A stretch of 64,000 nt of DNA from an uncultured Clostridia bacterium (GTDB lineage: Bacteria; Bacillota; Clostridia; Christensenellales; UBA1242): positions 420,228-484,227 of the forward strand of contig CAKVHV010000001.1 in NCBI GenBank assembly GCA_934754475.1, read 5' to 3'. Both the position numbers and the translations under genes were made by a program. A model generated the notes under the pieces. The model saw nothing but the letters and a program-made list of their open reading frames with translations. It was not told where the DNA came from and did not search any database. Every line of letters starts with the position of its first letter. The stretch's first letter is position 1. Below are positions 1 to 10,500 of this stretch, in pieces.

Positions 1-288
1 ATTCTATCAATTGTAGTTTCATTAGGATTTATGCTCCCTATACTATTTAATCCAAACGAACACAAACTGAATAGTTTTAAGTTGAAATATGCAGTGGTCT
101 TTGGAATATTGACATTCTTAATATCTATTATATTAGTTTATTGTTTTAATTCACTTGCTGGATTTGAACTAGATAACTTCAAATACTTTGCAGTTAAACT
201 AATTTTGCCATTAATACTAACCTTTAATTTTGTTATACTTCCACCTTTGTATGGTGCAATTATTAAATCAAAAAAATTCTATGACTAA
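1..288 (+). CDS. C-terminal part of a hydrophobic membrane protein (5' end outside window), family not recognised
   Basis: Frame is open from nt 1 to the TAA at 286-288 (track ORF 31..288). Translation is mostly hydrophobic helices (YAVVFGILTFLISIILVYCF, LILPLILTFNFVILPPLYGAII). Confidence 0.4.
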   Translation: MLSIVVSLGFMLPILFNPNEHKLNSFKLKYAVVFGILTFLISIILVYCFNSLAGFELDNFKYFAVKLILPLILTFNFVILPPLYGAIIKSKKFYD

Positions 289-291
289 TAT

Positions 292-1191
292 TTATGAGTT
301 GGATTTTTGCTTTTTTGACTTTTTTCGCTTAAATATTTTGTTTAGTATAAATTCTTGCATTTTGTCTTGATATTTATATGTAACAAATATTGCAGCGACA
401 ACCAGAACAAGTATTACAATCCAAACATACACTCCCCAACCCGTAAACGGAATAACATAACCGCTTCCAAAGAATGACATACAAATTACACCAATAGGTC
501 TAGTGATAGCTGTGACCCAAGCGAATGTCTTAAATTTCATATTAGTAATGCCAGCGATTAAACACAAAATATCGTCGGGAAACATTGGGAGCAAAAATGC
601 AATTGCCAAAAAGAATGCACCACGTTTTCTTAAAATTTCTGAGTACTTATCCGTATTTTCTTTGCCGGCAATCCATGCAACAATTTTGTAACCGAATGTT
701 TTGCCAATAAAGAAAGAAATAAAAGAGCCAATAAGTATTCCGATAGAACAATACAACCCCCCAAGCAATGGTCCGTATATAAGACTGCCAACAACACATA
801 TTATGGCGGCTGGAACTGGAAGAATTACTACTTGCGCTGTTTGGATTAAAATATAAATATAAACACCTTTTTCCTTGGTTGAAAGAATATAGTTTTTCAA
901 ACTCTCAACCGAAGAAATAGTCGAAATTATATTATATTTAAATAGAATTGTATACCCTATTATCGAAAGTGACAAAGTAATATATAAAACAAATAATATT
1001 TTGCTAGTTTTTTGCATTTTGAACCATTTGAAAACTATAGACAAAAAATAAATTATATTAGTTCCAAGAAGCAATATTACTTTCATAGTAGGACTAATAG
1101 TATCTACTTTAATAAACGTTAAACAAACAAAAACTGCTGTCAAAAGCAATGAATTAAAAAGGAAAAACAATATTTTTTTAGTCATATTCAC
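292..1191 (-). CDS. TVP38/TMEM64 (DedA superfamily, SNARE-associated) integral membrane protein
   Basis: 299-aa polytopic ORF. Family-typical segments VILPVPAAIICVVGSLIYGP..GSFISFFIGKTFG and FLLPMFPDDILCLIAGITNMKFKTF. AGGTGA Shine-Dalgarno upstream of the ATG. Confidence 0.75.
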   Translation of the reverse strand: MNMTKKILFFLFNSLLLTAVFVCLTFIKVDTISPTMKVILLLGTNIIYFLSIVFKWFKMQKTSKILFVLYITLSLSIIGYTILFKYNIISTISSVESLKNYILSTKEKGVYIYILIQTAQVVILPVPAAIICVVGSLIYGPLLGGLYCSIGILIGSFISFFIGKTFGYKIVAWIAGKENTDKYSEILRKRGAFFLAIAFLLPMFPDDILCLIAGITNMKFKTFAWVTAITRPIGVICMSFFGSGYVIPFTGWGVYVWIVILVLVVAAIFVTYKYQDKMQEFILNKIFKRKKSKKQKSNS

Positions 1192-1252
1192 CTGCTAAAT
1201 TTAATCTAATAATAATATATTGCAAGCATAATTTGATTATAACTAAAATGGA

Positions 1253-2209
1253 ATGAAAAAAGGAGAAAATATTTTGAAAGTTGTGCTAGATGTATCCAAT
1301 GTCACCAAGGCATTTGGAAATAGAGTCGCCGTTAATAACGTTTCATTTACCTTGCACGAAGGCGAAATTTTTGGTTTTCTTGGTCCCAACGGAGCGGGAA
1401 AAACAACAACCATGAAGATGATATGTGGACTTTGTGGAATAACAAAAGGAACGATTAGAATTTGCGGATTTGATATGCCAAAAGACAAAGAAAAAGCACT
1501 CGCTAATGTTGGCGCTTTGATTGAAAATCCCCTAATGTATCCAAACATGACCGGGCTTGACAATCTAAAATATTACGCAAGTCTCTATAAAAATATCAAA
1601 CTCGACGATATTATGAAATATTCAAGAGTTGTAGGACTTGAGCATAGACTCAAAGACAAAGTCAAAACATACTCACTAGGAATGAAACAACGTTTGGGAA
1701 TTGCTCAAGCGCTGTTACACTCACCAAAACTTCTAATCTTGGATGAGCCTTTGAGCGGACTTGACCCTAATGGTGTTAAGGAAATGAGAGACTTTTTGAA
1801 AACTCTTGCCAAAGAATTTAATATTGCAATTTTAATATCTAGCCATATGCTTAGCGATATGGAACAAATATGCGACACTATTGGAATAATAAATAACGGA
1901 CAACTTTTGGAAATAAAATCAATGAATTCTCTCAAAGAGAGTATCGAAGGCACTAGTCGTATTCAAATCAAAGTAGATTATCCTAACTTTGCAGGCAAGA
2001 TAATTGTTAATGAATTACAATTAAAATGTGAACTTGCTGGAAACAAAGTGTTGGTTTATGCTGATGAAAGCAGAATTAACGATATAACATCAAGGCTTGT
2101 TAATTATGGCATATCTATCTTTGGAATTGAATTAGTATCCAAATCACTTGAACAAATTTTCTTAGATATTATTAACTCAAAATCCAAAGGAAAAACAAGT
2201 ATTATATAA
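1253..2209 (+). CDS. ABC transporter ATP-binding protein (ABC-2 exporter type)
   Basis: Walker A GPNGAGKTT, signature-like YSLGMKQRLGIAQAL, Walker B LLILDEPLSGLD, H-loop SSHML. An AAAGGAG inside the first codons followed by TTG at 1274 suggests the real start may be 1274. Confidence 0.9.
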   Translation: MKKGENILKVVLDVSNVTKAFGNRVAVNNVSFTLHEGEIFGFLGPNGAGKTTTMKMICGLCGITKGTIRICGFDMPKDKEKALANVGALIENPLMYPNMTGLDNLKYYASLYKNIKLDDIMKYSRVVGLEHRLKDKVKTYSLGMKQRLGIAQALLHSPKLLILDEPLSGLDPNGVKEMRDFLKTLAKEFNIAILISSHMLSDMEQICDTIGIINNGQLLEIKSMNSLKESIEGTSRIQIKVDYPNFAGKIIVNELQLKCELAGNKVLVYADESRINDITSRLVNYGISIFGIELVSKSLEQIFLDIINSKSKGKTSII

Positions 2210-2220
2210 AGGAGAAAGAA

Positions 2221-4341
2221 ATGACTAGTACATTTAGATTAACTAGAGCTGAATTTAAAAAGATATTCAAACGAGCTAGTGTTTATATCATGGCATTACT
2301 CTTACTTGTTGCAGTACTTATTTCAATGTACTTATTTAGTCCCATTGAAAAAGTCGATAACTTGGTTAGTTATGGCGAAAATTTAACAGTCGAAAATTAC
2401 TATAATAATTTCTTTTCGTCCGACCTACCCCAAAGCAAACAAGCTATAGACAAGTCTTTTGATGACACCAACTCAATTTTAAATTATTATGAGATTAATC
2501 TTGATAGAGACACAAAACTTAATCAAAATTATATTGATGTTGTAAATTCATTTGATGAACTAAAAAATACAAATGAACCAACTATCAAAGAACAAAAATA
2601 CACCAATCTCAAAACTAATTTGCAGTCAATGCTCAATAATATTTCTAATTTTGATGACCTTGAAATTTATGAGTATGTTGAGTTTATGAAAAATGGAACA
2701 ACTTATATCAAAGACGGAAATACATTCAAAACTTACAAATTATCTGATTTGTATTTGGATAATTATACTAGTAGTACAAAGTCTTTGCTAAATAAAACAA
2801 CAACTTTTAATAGCACTCAAATAATCGAAACATACGAAACAAATGATTTCAAAAAATTATTGCAAAACGAAATAAATGCTAGTATTGATTATATTCCACG
2901 AACAATTTATATTTTGTCAAAAGATATAAAAGACCAATATGATTATTTCAATCAAGAATATGCCAAAGGTTCAAGCAATATAGATAGATGCGAAATAACC
3001 CGAAAAAATTTACTTAATAGTTGCAAAAATTTAAAAGATTATCTAAGTATCGTTTTTGATAATGATTTCCCAATAGTTCTTATAAACAAACAACTAAAAA
3101 GCGAAATATTTAATCAACTAGATAATGCTATAGAAAATCTTACTTCGGGATTTACAGGAACTACCAAAACAATTTCACACTACAAAACACTAAATGATAA
3201 TTTAACAAGCATCAATCTTCCTAATTACTTTAAATCCACTTTTGATGTATCAAAAAACAATGTTTTTCAAGTAAAACTCAAAACCACTACTCTCGAAGAA
3301 TTTAATAAAGTTAAACAAAAAGTTGAAAGCAATAGAGAAGAACTTATCAAAGTTATCAAAAAATATCGTAGTGACGAAAGCATACGAAATATTCAAATCA
3401 AAATAACCGATTATAATTTGCTTGCAAATAGTTACAAGACATACTTTATTGATACAATTCTATTAAATCTAAGCAAAAATTATCGAAGTACCGACTTTGC
3501 TAATTTATATAATTATCAACTAAACGAATTTAATAGTTATCAAACTCAAGAGAGAATTACTGCAAACAAATATTATATCAATAATAACATTTATTCTGAT
3601 TCGTTCTTGACAAATTTCTCGTTTGAACAAAATAGCGGAAAAACAACTAATGCTATGGACTTTATGTACTTTTCAATGGAAATCTGTACAGTACTTATTA
3701 CAATATTTGCCATGATGTTAGTATGTAATTTAATTACACAAGAAACAGAAAGCGGAACGATTAAATTATTGCTTACAAGACCATACAAACGTTCAAAAAT
3801 TATTACTGCCAAATTATTTGCTACAATATTCTTTGTAATTAGTTTTGTAGTATTCTCAGCACTAATTAGTTTTGTGGGTGGATACTTTGTATTTGGACTT
3901 GATAATACAAATATTCTTATGATATTCAATTCAACTACAGCCTGTGTAATTTCTCCACTACTACTAATGTTTATTAATATTTTAAGTTTGACACTTGATA
4001 TAATTTTCTATGTAATAATTGCCTTAATGATTTCAATAATATTCAAAAATTATGCCGGGTCAATATCTTTCTGCTTTGTAATACTTTTGGTTACTTATAC
4101 CCTTAATATTTTGTTTGCTGGCTCATTCTGGTATTCACTACTTCCGGGAATGAATTTGCACTTGTTTAAATACTTTGGAAATTCGTTTGCTTCAATCAAT
4201 GAAAACTCAGTACTCAAAAATATTCTCATAACCCCTATTCAAAGTTCAATGAATATTGTATTTAGTTTTTTAATTACTTGTGCATACTCACTTATCTCAC
4301 TTGCAATTTCATATTCTGTATTTAACAAACGTGATTTCTAA
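2221..4341 (+). CDS. ABC-2 family permease with a ~440-aa extracytoplasmic insert between TM1 and the C-terminal TM bundle
   Basis: AAGGAG RBS. Starts 12 nt after the ATPase stop. N-terminal TM (VYIMALLLLVAVLISMYLF), a long N/D/K/Y-rich loop, then about 5 TM helices (aa ~480-700) typical of ABC-2 permeases. Confidence 0.7.
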   Translation: MTSTFRLTRAEFKKIFKRASVYIMALLLLVAVLISMYLFSPIEKVDNLVSYGENLTVENYYNNFFSSDLPQSKQAIDKSFDDTNSILNYYEINLDRDTKLNQNYIDVVNSFDELKNTNEPTIKEQKYTNLKTNLQSMLNNISNFDDLEIYEYVEFMKNGTTYIKDGNTFKTYKLSDLYLDNYTSSTKSLLNKTTTFNSTQIIETYETNDFKKLLQNEINASIDYIPRTIYILSKDIKDQYDYFNQEYAKGSSNIDRCEITRKNLLNSCKNLKDYLSIVFDNDFPIVLINKQLKSEIFNQLDNAIENLTSGFTGTTKTISHYKTLNDNLTSINLPNYFKSTFDVSKNNVFQVKLKTTTLEEFNKVKQKVESNREELIKVIKKYRSDESIRNIQIKITDYNLLANSYKTYFIDTILLNLSKNYRSTDFANLYNYQLNEFNSYQTQERITANKYYINNNIYSDSFLTNFSFEQNSGKTTNAMDFMYFSMEICTVLITIFAMMLVCNLITQETESGTIKLLLTRPYKRSKIITAKLFATIFFVISFVVFSALISFVGGYFVFGLDNTNILMIFNSTTACVISPLLLMFINILSLTLDIIFYVIIALMISIIFKNYAGSISFCFVILLVTYTLNILFAGSFWYSLLPGMNLHLFKYFGNSFASINENSVLKNILITPIQSSMNIVFSFLITCAYSLISLAISYSVFNKRDF

Positions 4342-4351
4342 AATTTAACTT

Positions 4352-4407
4352 ATTAGTTTTGTGAGTGTATACTTAATATTTGGACTTGGTAACACAAATA
4401 TTCTTAT
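4352..4407. repeat. Degenerate 56-bp copy of an internal segment of the permease gene (3865..3920)
   Basis: attagttttgtgagtgtatacttaatatttggacttggtaacacaaatattcttat aligns without gaps to attagttttgtgggtggatactttgtatttggacttgataatacaaatattcttat, about 50 of 56 identical by hand. It lies just after the permease stop. Confidence 0.6.
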
Positions 4408-4416
4408 TTAGATTAT

Positions 4417-4457
4417 AAAAAAACTGATAGACATATTAAATCTATCAGTTTTTTTAT
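4417..4457 (+). terminator. Rho-independent terminator of the ABC operon (A-run upstream, so potentially bidirectional)
   Basis: Perfect 11-bp stem aaactgataga/tctatcagttt (4421-4431 / 4441-4451), 9-nt loop, then a T-run. Confidence 0.75.
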
Positions 4458-4488
4458 TAAAAAATCATATTGTATTTAAAATAAATGC

Positions 4489-4523
4489 AAAAAACTAATG
4501 GAGTAAGAAACTTACTTCATTAG
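4489..4523 (-). terminator. Rho-independent terminator of the giant gene
   Basis: 13-bp stem ctaatggagtaag/cttacttcattag (one G-U) at 4495-4523, 8 nt downstream of the TAA. On the minus strand it is followed by a T-run (plus-strand A-run 4489-4494). Confidence 0.75.
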
Positions 4524-4531
4524 TTTTTTTG

Positions 4532-7500
4532 TTACATATTGGTAGCACTTTCGTGTAACCAATATTCATAAGGTTTGTTTAGAGTTATACTAATTTCAAC
4601 ATCACGTGTAATAGTATCCAAATTAAACGAACCAAAAGCATTAATGCTACAATTTTGTGTATTGATAGTATCAATTGTTGTGTATTGAGTGTAACTTGCT
4701 ATCAAGTAGTTTGCATTGAGTGTTGGGTTATGCGAAACGTTTTGATTCAAAGTTACATACGAATGTGCCGAAGAGTTCAAATAGAACATTGGATAGAATA
4801 CATAGATTTCATAAGTTCCATAACTATCAGTAGTCATGTCCCTACCGTCATTTTGACTTACAATATCATATTCACCGTTGTAGATATTTTCAAAGGTGTA
4901 AGATTGATTGTTTCTCAAATTAATTGAGTAAGCATGGTCAACTTCACCAGCACTATTTTTGTGAACTAATAGAACTGTCATATAGTCACTATCTTGAACA
5001 CCATCAGTTCCAACATCCGCCGTAAGCGTAGAGTTAATTGTTACATTAAATACTCTTTCGTTAAATGTGATAACCAAACCATAAGTAACTTTGTCAATAG
5101 TTTGAGAAATTATAATGTCAGCATTATCGAGAGTATCAGCATATTCTTGATAATTAGTTTGGTCTTCGGTTAGTGTTACTCCACCAACTTCAGTACCCGC
5201 TTTTTGCAATTCCCCAAATAATGTTGAAGTTATAAGTCCAGTAGATGTATTAGAAATTATGAAATTACCAACTTCGTCTGTGATAATAGAATAAGTAAAC
5301 TTAAGTTCGGTTGTATCACTAAATTCTGTTGAATTTTCAATATTTCCATAAATAGATTCTACTTTGTTATCAGAGTTTTTGAATAATATATCGTTATTAT
5401 CAAGATTCAAATTACCTAATTGATTTGTATCATCTGAATATTTGTGTGGATTATAGATAGTTACTTCAATATCTGTTGTGTCCCCACCATAAATTGCACG
5501 CAATACTGGATAATCCCAGTTGATGTGATTGATATAAATCCAAATATCATCAAAGTCCCAAGTACTATCATTTTTGAATGTCTTTTGATTACATAAGTTA
5601 CTACTTGAAATTTGAATAACATTTGAAGCCACTGTACCACTCATGCCAGAAGGTGTGCCTTGAATACCTTGTCCAATCTTAGGAGTGCTAGAACTATCTA
5701 CCAAGTAATAGTTTTTGGATACATTGTATCCCGAAGCACTACCATTAATTGCGCCTAGTACATAAGCATTTCCACTAGTCAAATTTAAGTCAAGTGCGAC
5801 GTAGTTATTAATAACATTTGCACCGCCATAAATTTCATTTACAAGACCAGAAATATTGTTATTTGCATAGTGGCTAATAATCTTGCCTTTGACATAGTTA
5901 TTTTGAACTGAACCATATAGATAATTTACATATCCACTATGCGAATTATCTGTATTGTAAATTTCAATTGTTCCATTGAAATATGATTCTTCCAAAACAG
6001 CATTGTCGTTGACACTAGATACCATACCACTAGCATAAACATTATTATTAAGAGCAGATATATTACCGCCAAGGTCGTTGCCAAATTCATAACTTTCATG
6101 CAATACTTGAGTTCCGTTTACATATCCAGTAACCGTACTTGCACTAATATTAGTTGTATCCTTAATAATTCCAACAAGACCCGAAATCAATGTATTTCTC
6201 TCGGTTATTTGTTTGTTGTTATAACCAAAGATGTTTCCGCTAATATAATTACAATTAGTTATCTTTGATGTTCCACTAACTAGTCCCGAAATAACTGCAC
6301 TAGAATTGAATGTCAATATGTCTACATTTTCAAAATCTAATCCACGAATAGTTGAATTTGAAATTGTATTTATAAATGCACTATAAATTAAATTTTCGTT
6401 CATGCTAGCATTATAAATTCCAGCATAAGAATTACTTTCAATTGTAAGTCCACTAATCTTGACGTTTTCAATATCAGCATCTTCTAATAAGTCAGAAGCA
6501 AGAATATCATCTTTGTTCTTTGCAATTCCAATTATATTAAATGAATTGTTGTATCCACTATTAATTGGAGTAAAGTATCTTCCACTCAAATCAATTGGTG
6601 TAGCACTTGCAATAACAAATGTTTTTCCTTGAATTTCGGCATTATTATATGTTGTTGCTCTTGATAGCCAGGCTAAATGTAAAGCATTTTCCAAAATATA
6701 ATAATCGCTAGTTCCAATAGTCTTTTTCAAACTACTTAGAGTAATACTTTCAACACCTGCTTTTTCAATCCACAAACCAAAGTCTGTGACAGTTGTTGAA
6801 GATGAATAATCGTTAATACCAAGTGTTGCATAACCTAGAGTCTTATCCGAAATAAATTCTGGATAATCAGCAGTAGAATAAGCATTTAGAACATTTCCAA
6901 CATTATTACAAATTACGTTAGTGCTTGTAGTGTTACTAATTGTACCTAGACTTACAACGTTGTAAACCAAAACATCTTTTGCATTAGTATCAATGTTAAA
7001 CGAAATGCCTTGAATTAACTTATCCTTGTCAGCAACAAAGTTAAGAGAATTTTTGATATAACTCAAAGAACCAAAGTTCTTAGTATTAATAATTTGTCCA
7101 TAGTTTGCTCCAGCAATTCCGCCAAACTGAGTAATTGACTGATTGTTAGAACTATTATCAATTGAATAGTTAAGTGTTGCATTGTTAATTGAATTGCTAA
7201 TAATTCCTTTGTTTACACCAGCAATTCCACCAAAAGCAACTGTGTATGCGCCCGATGCACTACTCAAACTAGGATTGTTTTCAATCAAATACAATGACGA
7301 ATTATCTGCATCACTTAGTATTTGAATGTTGTCAAGTTTTCCATTATTTTCAGCAATCAATGATACTGTAGATTTGTTTGAACCAAAATTATTGTTTTCG
7401 GATGCAATAATATTTACTCCAGCAAATTTAAGTCCAGTAATTAATCCCGAAGTTTCAAGAGTATTAATCAAGCCATACTTGGTTGTCCTTGTAGTTGAAT

Positions 7501-10500
7501 CAAACTCAGACATTCCATAAGTATACTCAGAATCTTGAGCCACTCCACTTGCATGACGAGTTGTAATTCCTAAGTTTCTATGTGAGTCAAGTACAATATT
7601 ATTAAATGTATATCCATTACCGAAGATATTTCCTGCAAATTTATTTAGTGTTGGAGTAAATCTACTTGCAAAATCAATATCGTTAGTAACCATGAAATAT
7701 TTATCTTTGTAATATTCATTTGAAGCATTAGAAGTATTAACTATATACCCCCAATCACTTGCCTTAGAAATTCTATAAGGATTTGTCTTAGTTCCGCCAC
7801 CTTGCAAAGTTGAAGTTGTTGGTTCATCATTCCAGTAATATCTTACATAGTTTACATGAATTTCAATGTTTCCAACTACGTTGTCAATCTTGAGTTCATA
7901 ACTATAGTTTGTATCACCAGTTGTTGCACCATTAGATTCGACATTATATGTGGTTTCCAATGTCTTAAGTGTTGTCTTGTTATCTGCTAATACTCCATTT
8001 ACATACTTTTGAACTACTGGCAAATAGTTGTCTGTGATGTTTTGAGTATTTGATTCCCAAGTTGAGTTGGATTGATTGTAGTAAATTCTAGTAGTTGTAC
8101 CATTGTTTTCTACATCCTTATAAACATAATATCTTATGCAACATTTGTCATAAACATATTTGTTATCTGGAAGTAGAGATATTGTGATATTTGTTCCATG
8201 TCTAACTTCACTAGTTATGTCAGTTCCAGTAAGTGTTGTTGTGCTTGACGAATTTGGAACTTCGCTTGGAGCAGATACAACACCATTTTCTGTATTATAT
8301 TCAAGTTCGCCACCCTTATCTACAATTGTATTGATATAGTGTTTGCTTGGAATATAATTAGCAACTATCATACTATCGCCATAGAAAGCATTAGTAAGAG
8401 CGTCTATTCTATAAGTATATAGTTCAAGTGATTCGCCACCAACAACAATTGTGTTAGTTACATTCGAAAGACTTACATCATTTGAACCAGACTTTGTAGT
8501 AAATCCAGTAAATGTATAGGTTTCTTTTGAATAAGTACTAAAGTTTATACTTGCATTATGGTCAACAAACATTTTGGTTATGAATGTTGTATTCATATAA
8601 TCTTTGTTTGTTAGATTGTCGGTGTCGTTGTAGTTATAATTTGTACTTTCCTTTTGATAAATACCAGCATCCAATAATCTTGTAGTTAGTACTCCATTAC
8701 TATAAGCATAGTAATTTAAATTATAACTTTGAGTTGAAATTGTATTGTTGTTATCCTTATCACCTAAGTTCTTTTGATTAATCTGATAAGCAGATTTGAC
8801 TTGTGAGTCTCCAGTTTCAAGTATTGCTTTTTCGACAGCAGAAACATTTTCATAACCATTTACATAAGCAATTGGATAATCAAATCCTATATCAGTATTA
8901 ACCTTAAACTTAACTTGTACAAGCCATTGTTTGATAAGAGATATTACATAATTACCACTAGTTTCAGCAGTTGCCACAAAGTCAATACTAATTTTTCCAC
9001 TAGATATATTGTATTCGCTAGTATTGGTTGAGCCATTTGTTTCAAACATAGTGTAATTTGCTTTGTTATATAGTTTGTCAAGTTCAAACTTATTATCGTT
9101 TGTTTCCAAACTATTAACAATTGTCTTATTGTCTAACAAATAGTTATAACCCGTATTATCAGTTAGAATATTATCAACTTCAAGCATCCAATAGTCTACT
9201 CTTATATTTGTATATTCATCTCTAATAATATCAGGATTTAGACTTAGTTCAATCTTAACTCTACTTCCATGTGGAATACTTTGTAGAGTTGGATTTGTAT
9301 TTGAAGCACTCTTATTATTTGTAGTATCAGATATAGTAATCTTGTCTATTAGTCTTCTTACACTTGTATCATCGGTTGTTTCAAGTGCTTCGGCTGAAAT
9401 ATCATAAGTATCTATATCTTCGGTGATATTAACAAAATAATCAAATCTATTTCTATCATACATATCAAGGACACTAGCAGATGGCAACATATCAAATCTT
9501 ACACCAAGTTTTTTGCCTGTATAATTTTTGGTTGTATTGCTACCCAAGTATTCGTCTTTGTCTTGAACATCGTCCGTTCTTGAATAAGTATTTGTTATAT
9601 TTTCGATTTGAGAACTTTCATGTCCCAAAGTAATAGTTGTTACATGTCTATAAATTATTGATGTAACTCTAAGTGTAACAGTTGCACCTTTGTAAATATA
9701 AATCGTTCCGTCTTCGTTTATTACTACTTCTCTAAGATTTATAATCATAGATTGCAAACCAGTTTCTTGAATGTTAGTTTCACTATTATCAATATCTACA
9801 ATATAGTTTTCGTGAATCATAACACGTGTGTTTTTATCTGGTCTTACATAAGTAAAGTATCTATCTAATAAATCGTCCGAATAGCCAATTGAATGATTTG
9901 CATCATGTGGAAGTTTGACGATGTAGTCATTAAATTGTTTGAATACAGGAAGACCACCATTTATATCGGTGTAAACACTCCAAACATTGACATAATCCCA
10001 TGTAGTGTCTGGGAATGTAGAAGATAATCTAATAATTTCATTAGAAGCCTTGCTTGATACACTTTCCAAAGTTGTAGTGCCAGTTGTAACCACTGCTTTG
10101 TCAGTTGAGTAAGCGGTGCTACCCAAGTTGTCTATAACACTAGATAGCCATACAGAATTGCCAAGAATAACATTTCCGCCAGCATAACTAATTACAAGTG
10201 GAGCAACTTTGATAGTTGGAGTAGCAACATTCGAAATAAGTTTGATTGAACCACTAATATAGATATTAGAAATAGTCAAACTTGCGTTAGTGCTAGAATT
10301 AATAACACCAGCAACACTTTGAGTTGAACTTCCGTCATCAGAAATCATAAGTGTGCCGACATTGTACATATCTTTCAAAACATTAATTGTTTCAGCACTT
10401 GCAATTACACCACCAATGTGTTTGTAACCTAGGATGTTTGCATAATTTCCAAGTGTTGTGCTTTTAGAACCCGTTGTACTCTTTCCAACAACACCCGAAA

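Noticed and set aside
1253-4341. ABC transporter as a dedicated (T1SS-like) exporter of the giant protein.
   Set aside because: The genes are convergent with separate terminators. The ATPase and permease are ABC-2 type, with no C39 peptidase or MFP/OMF partners. The giant protein has an N-terminal Sec-type signal rather than a C-terminal secretion signal.
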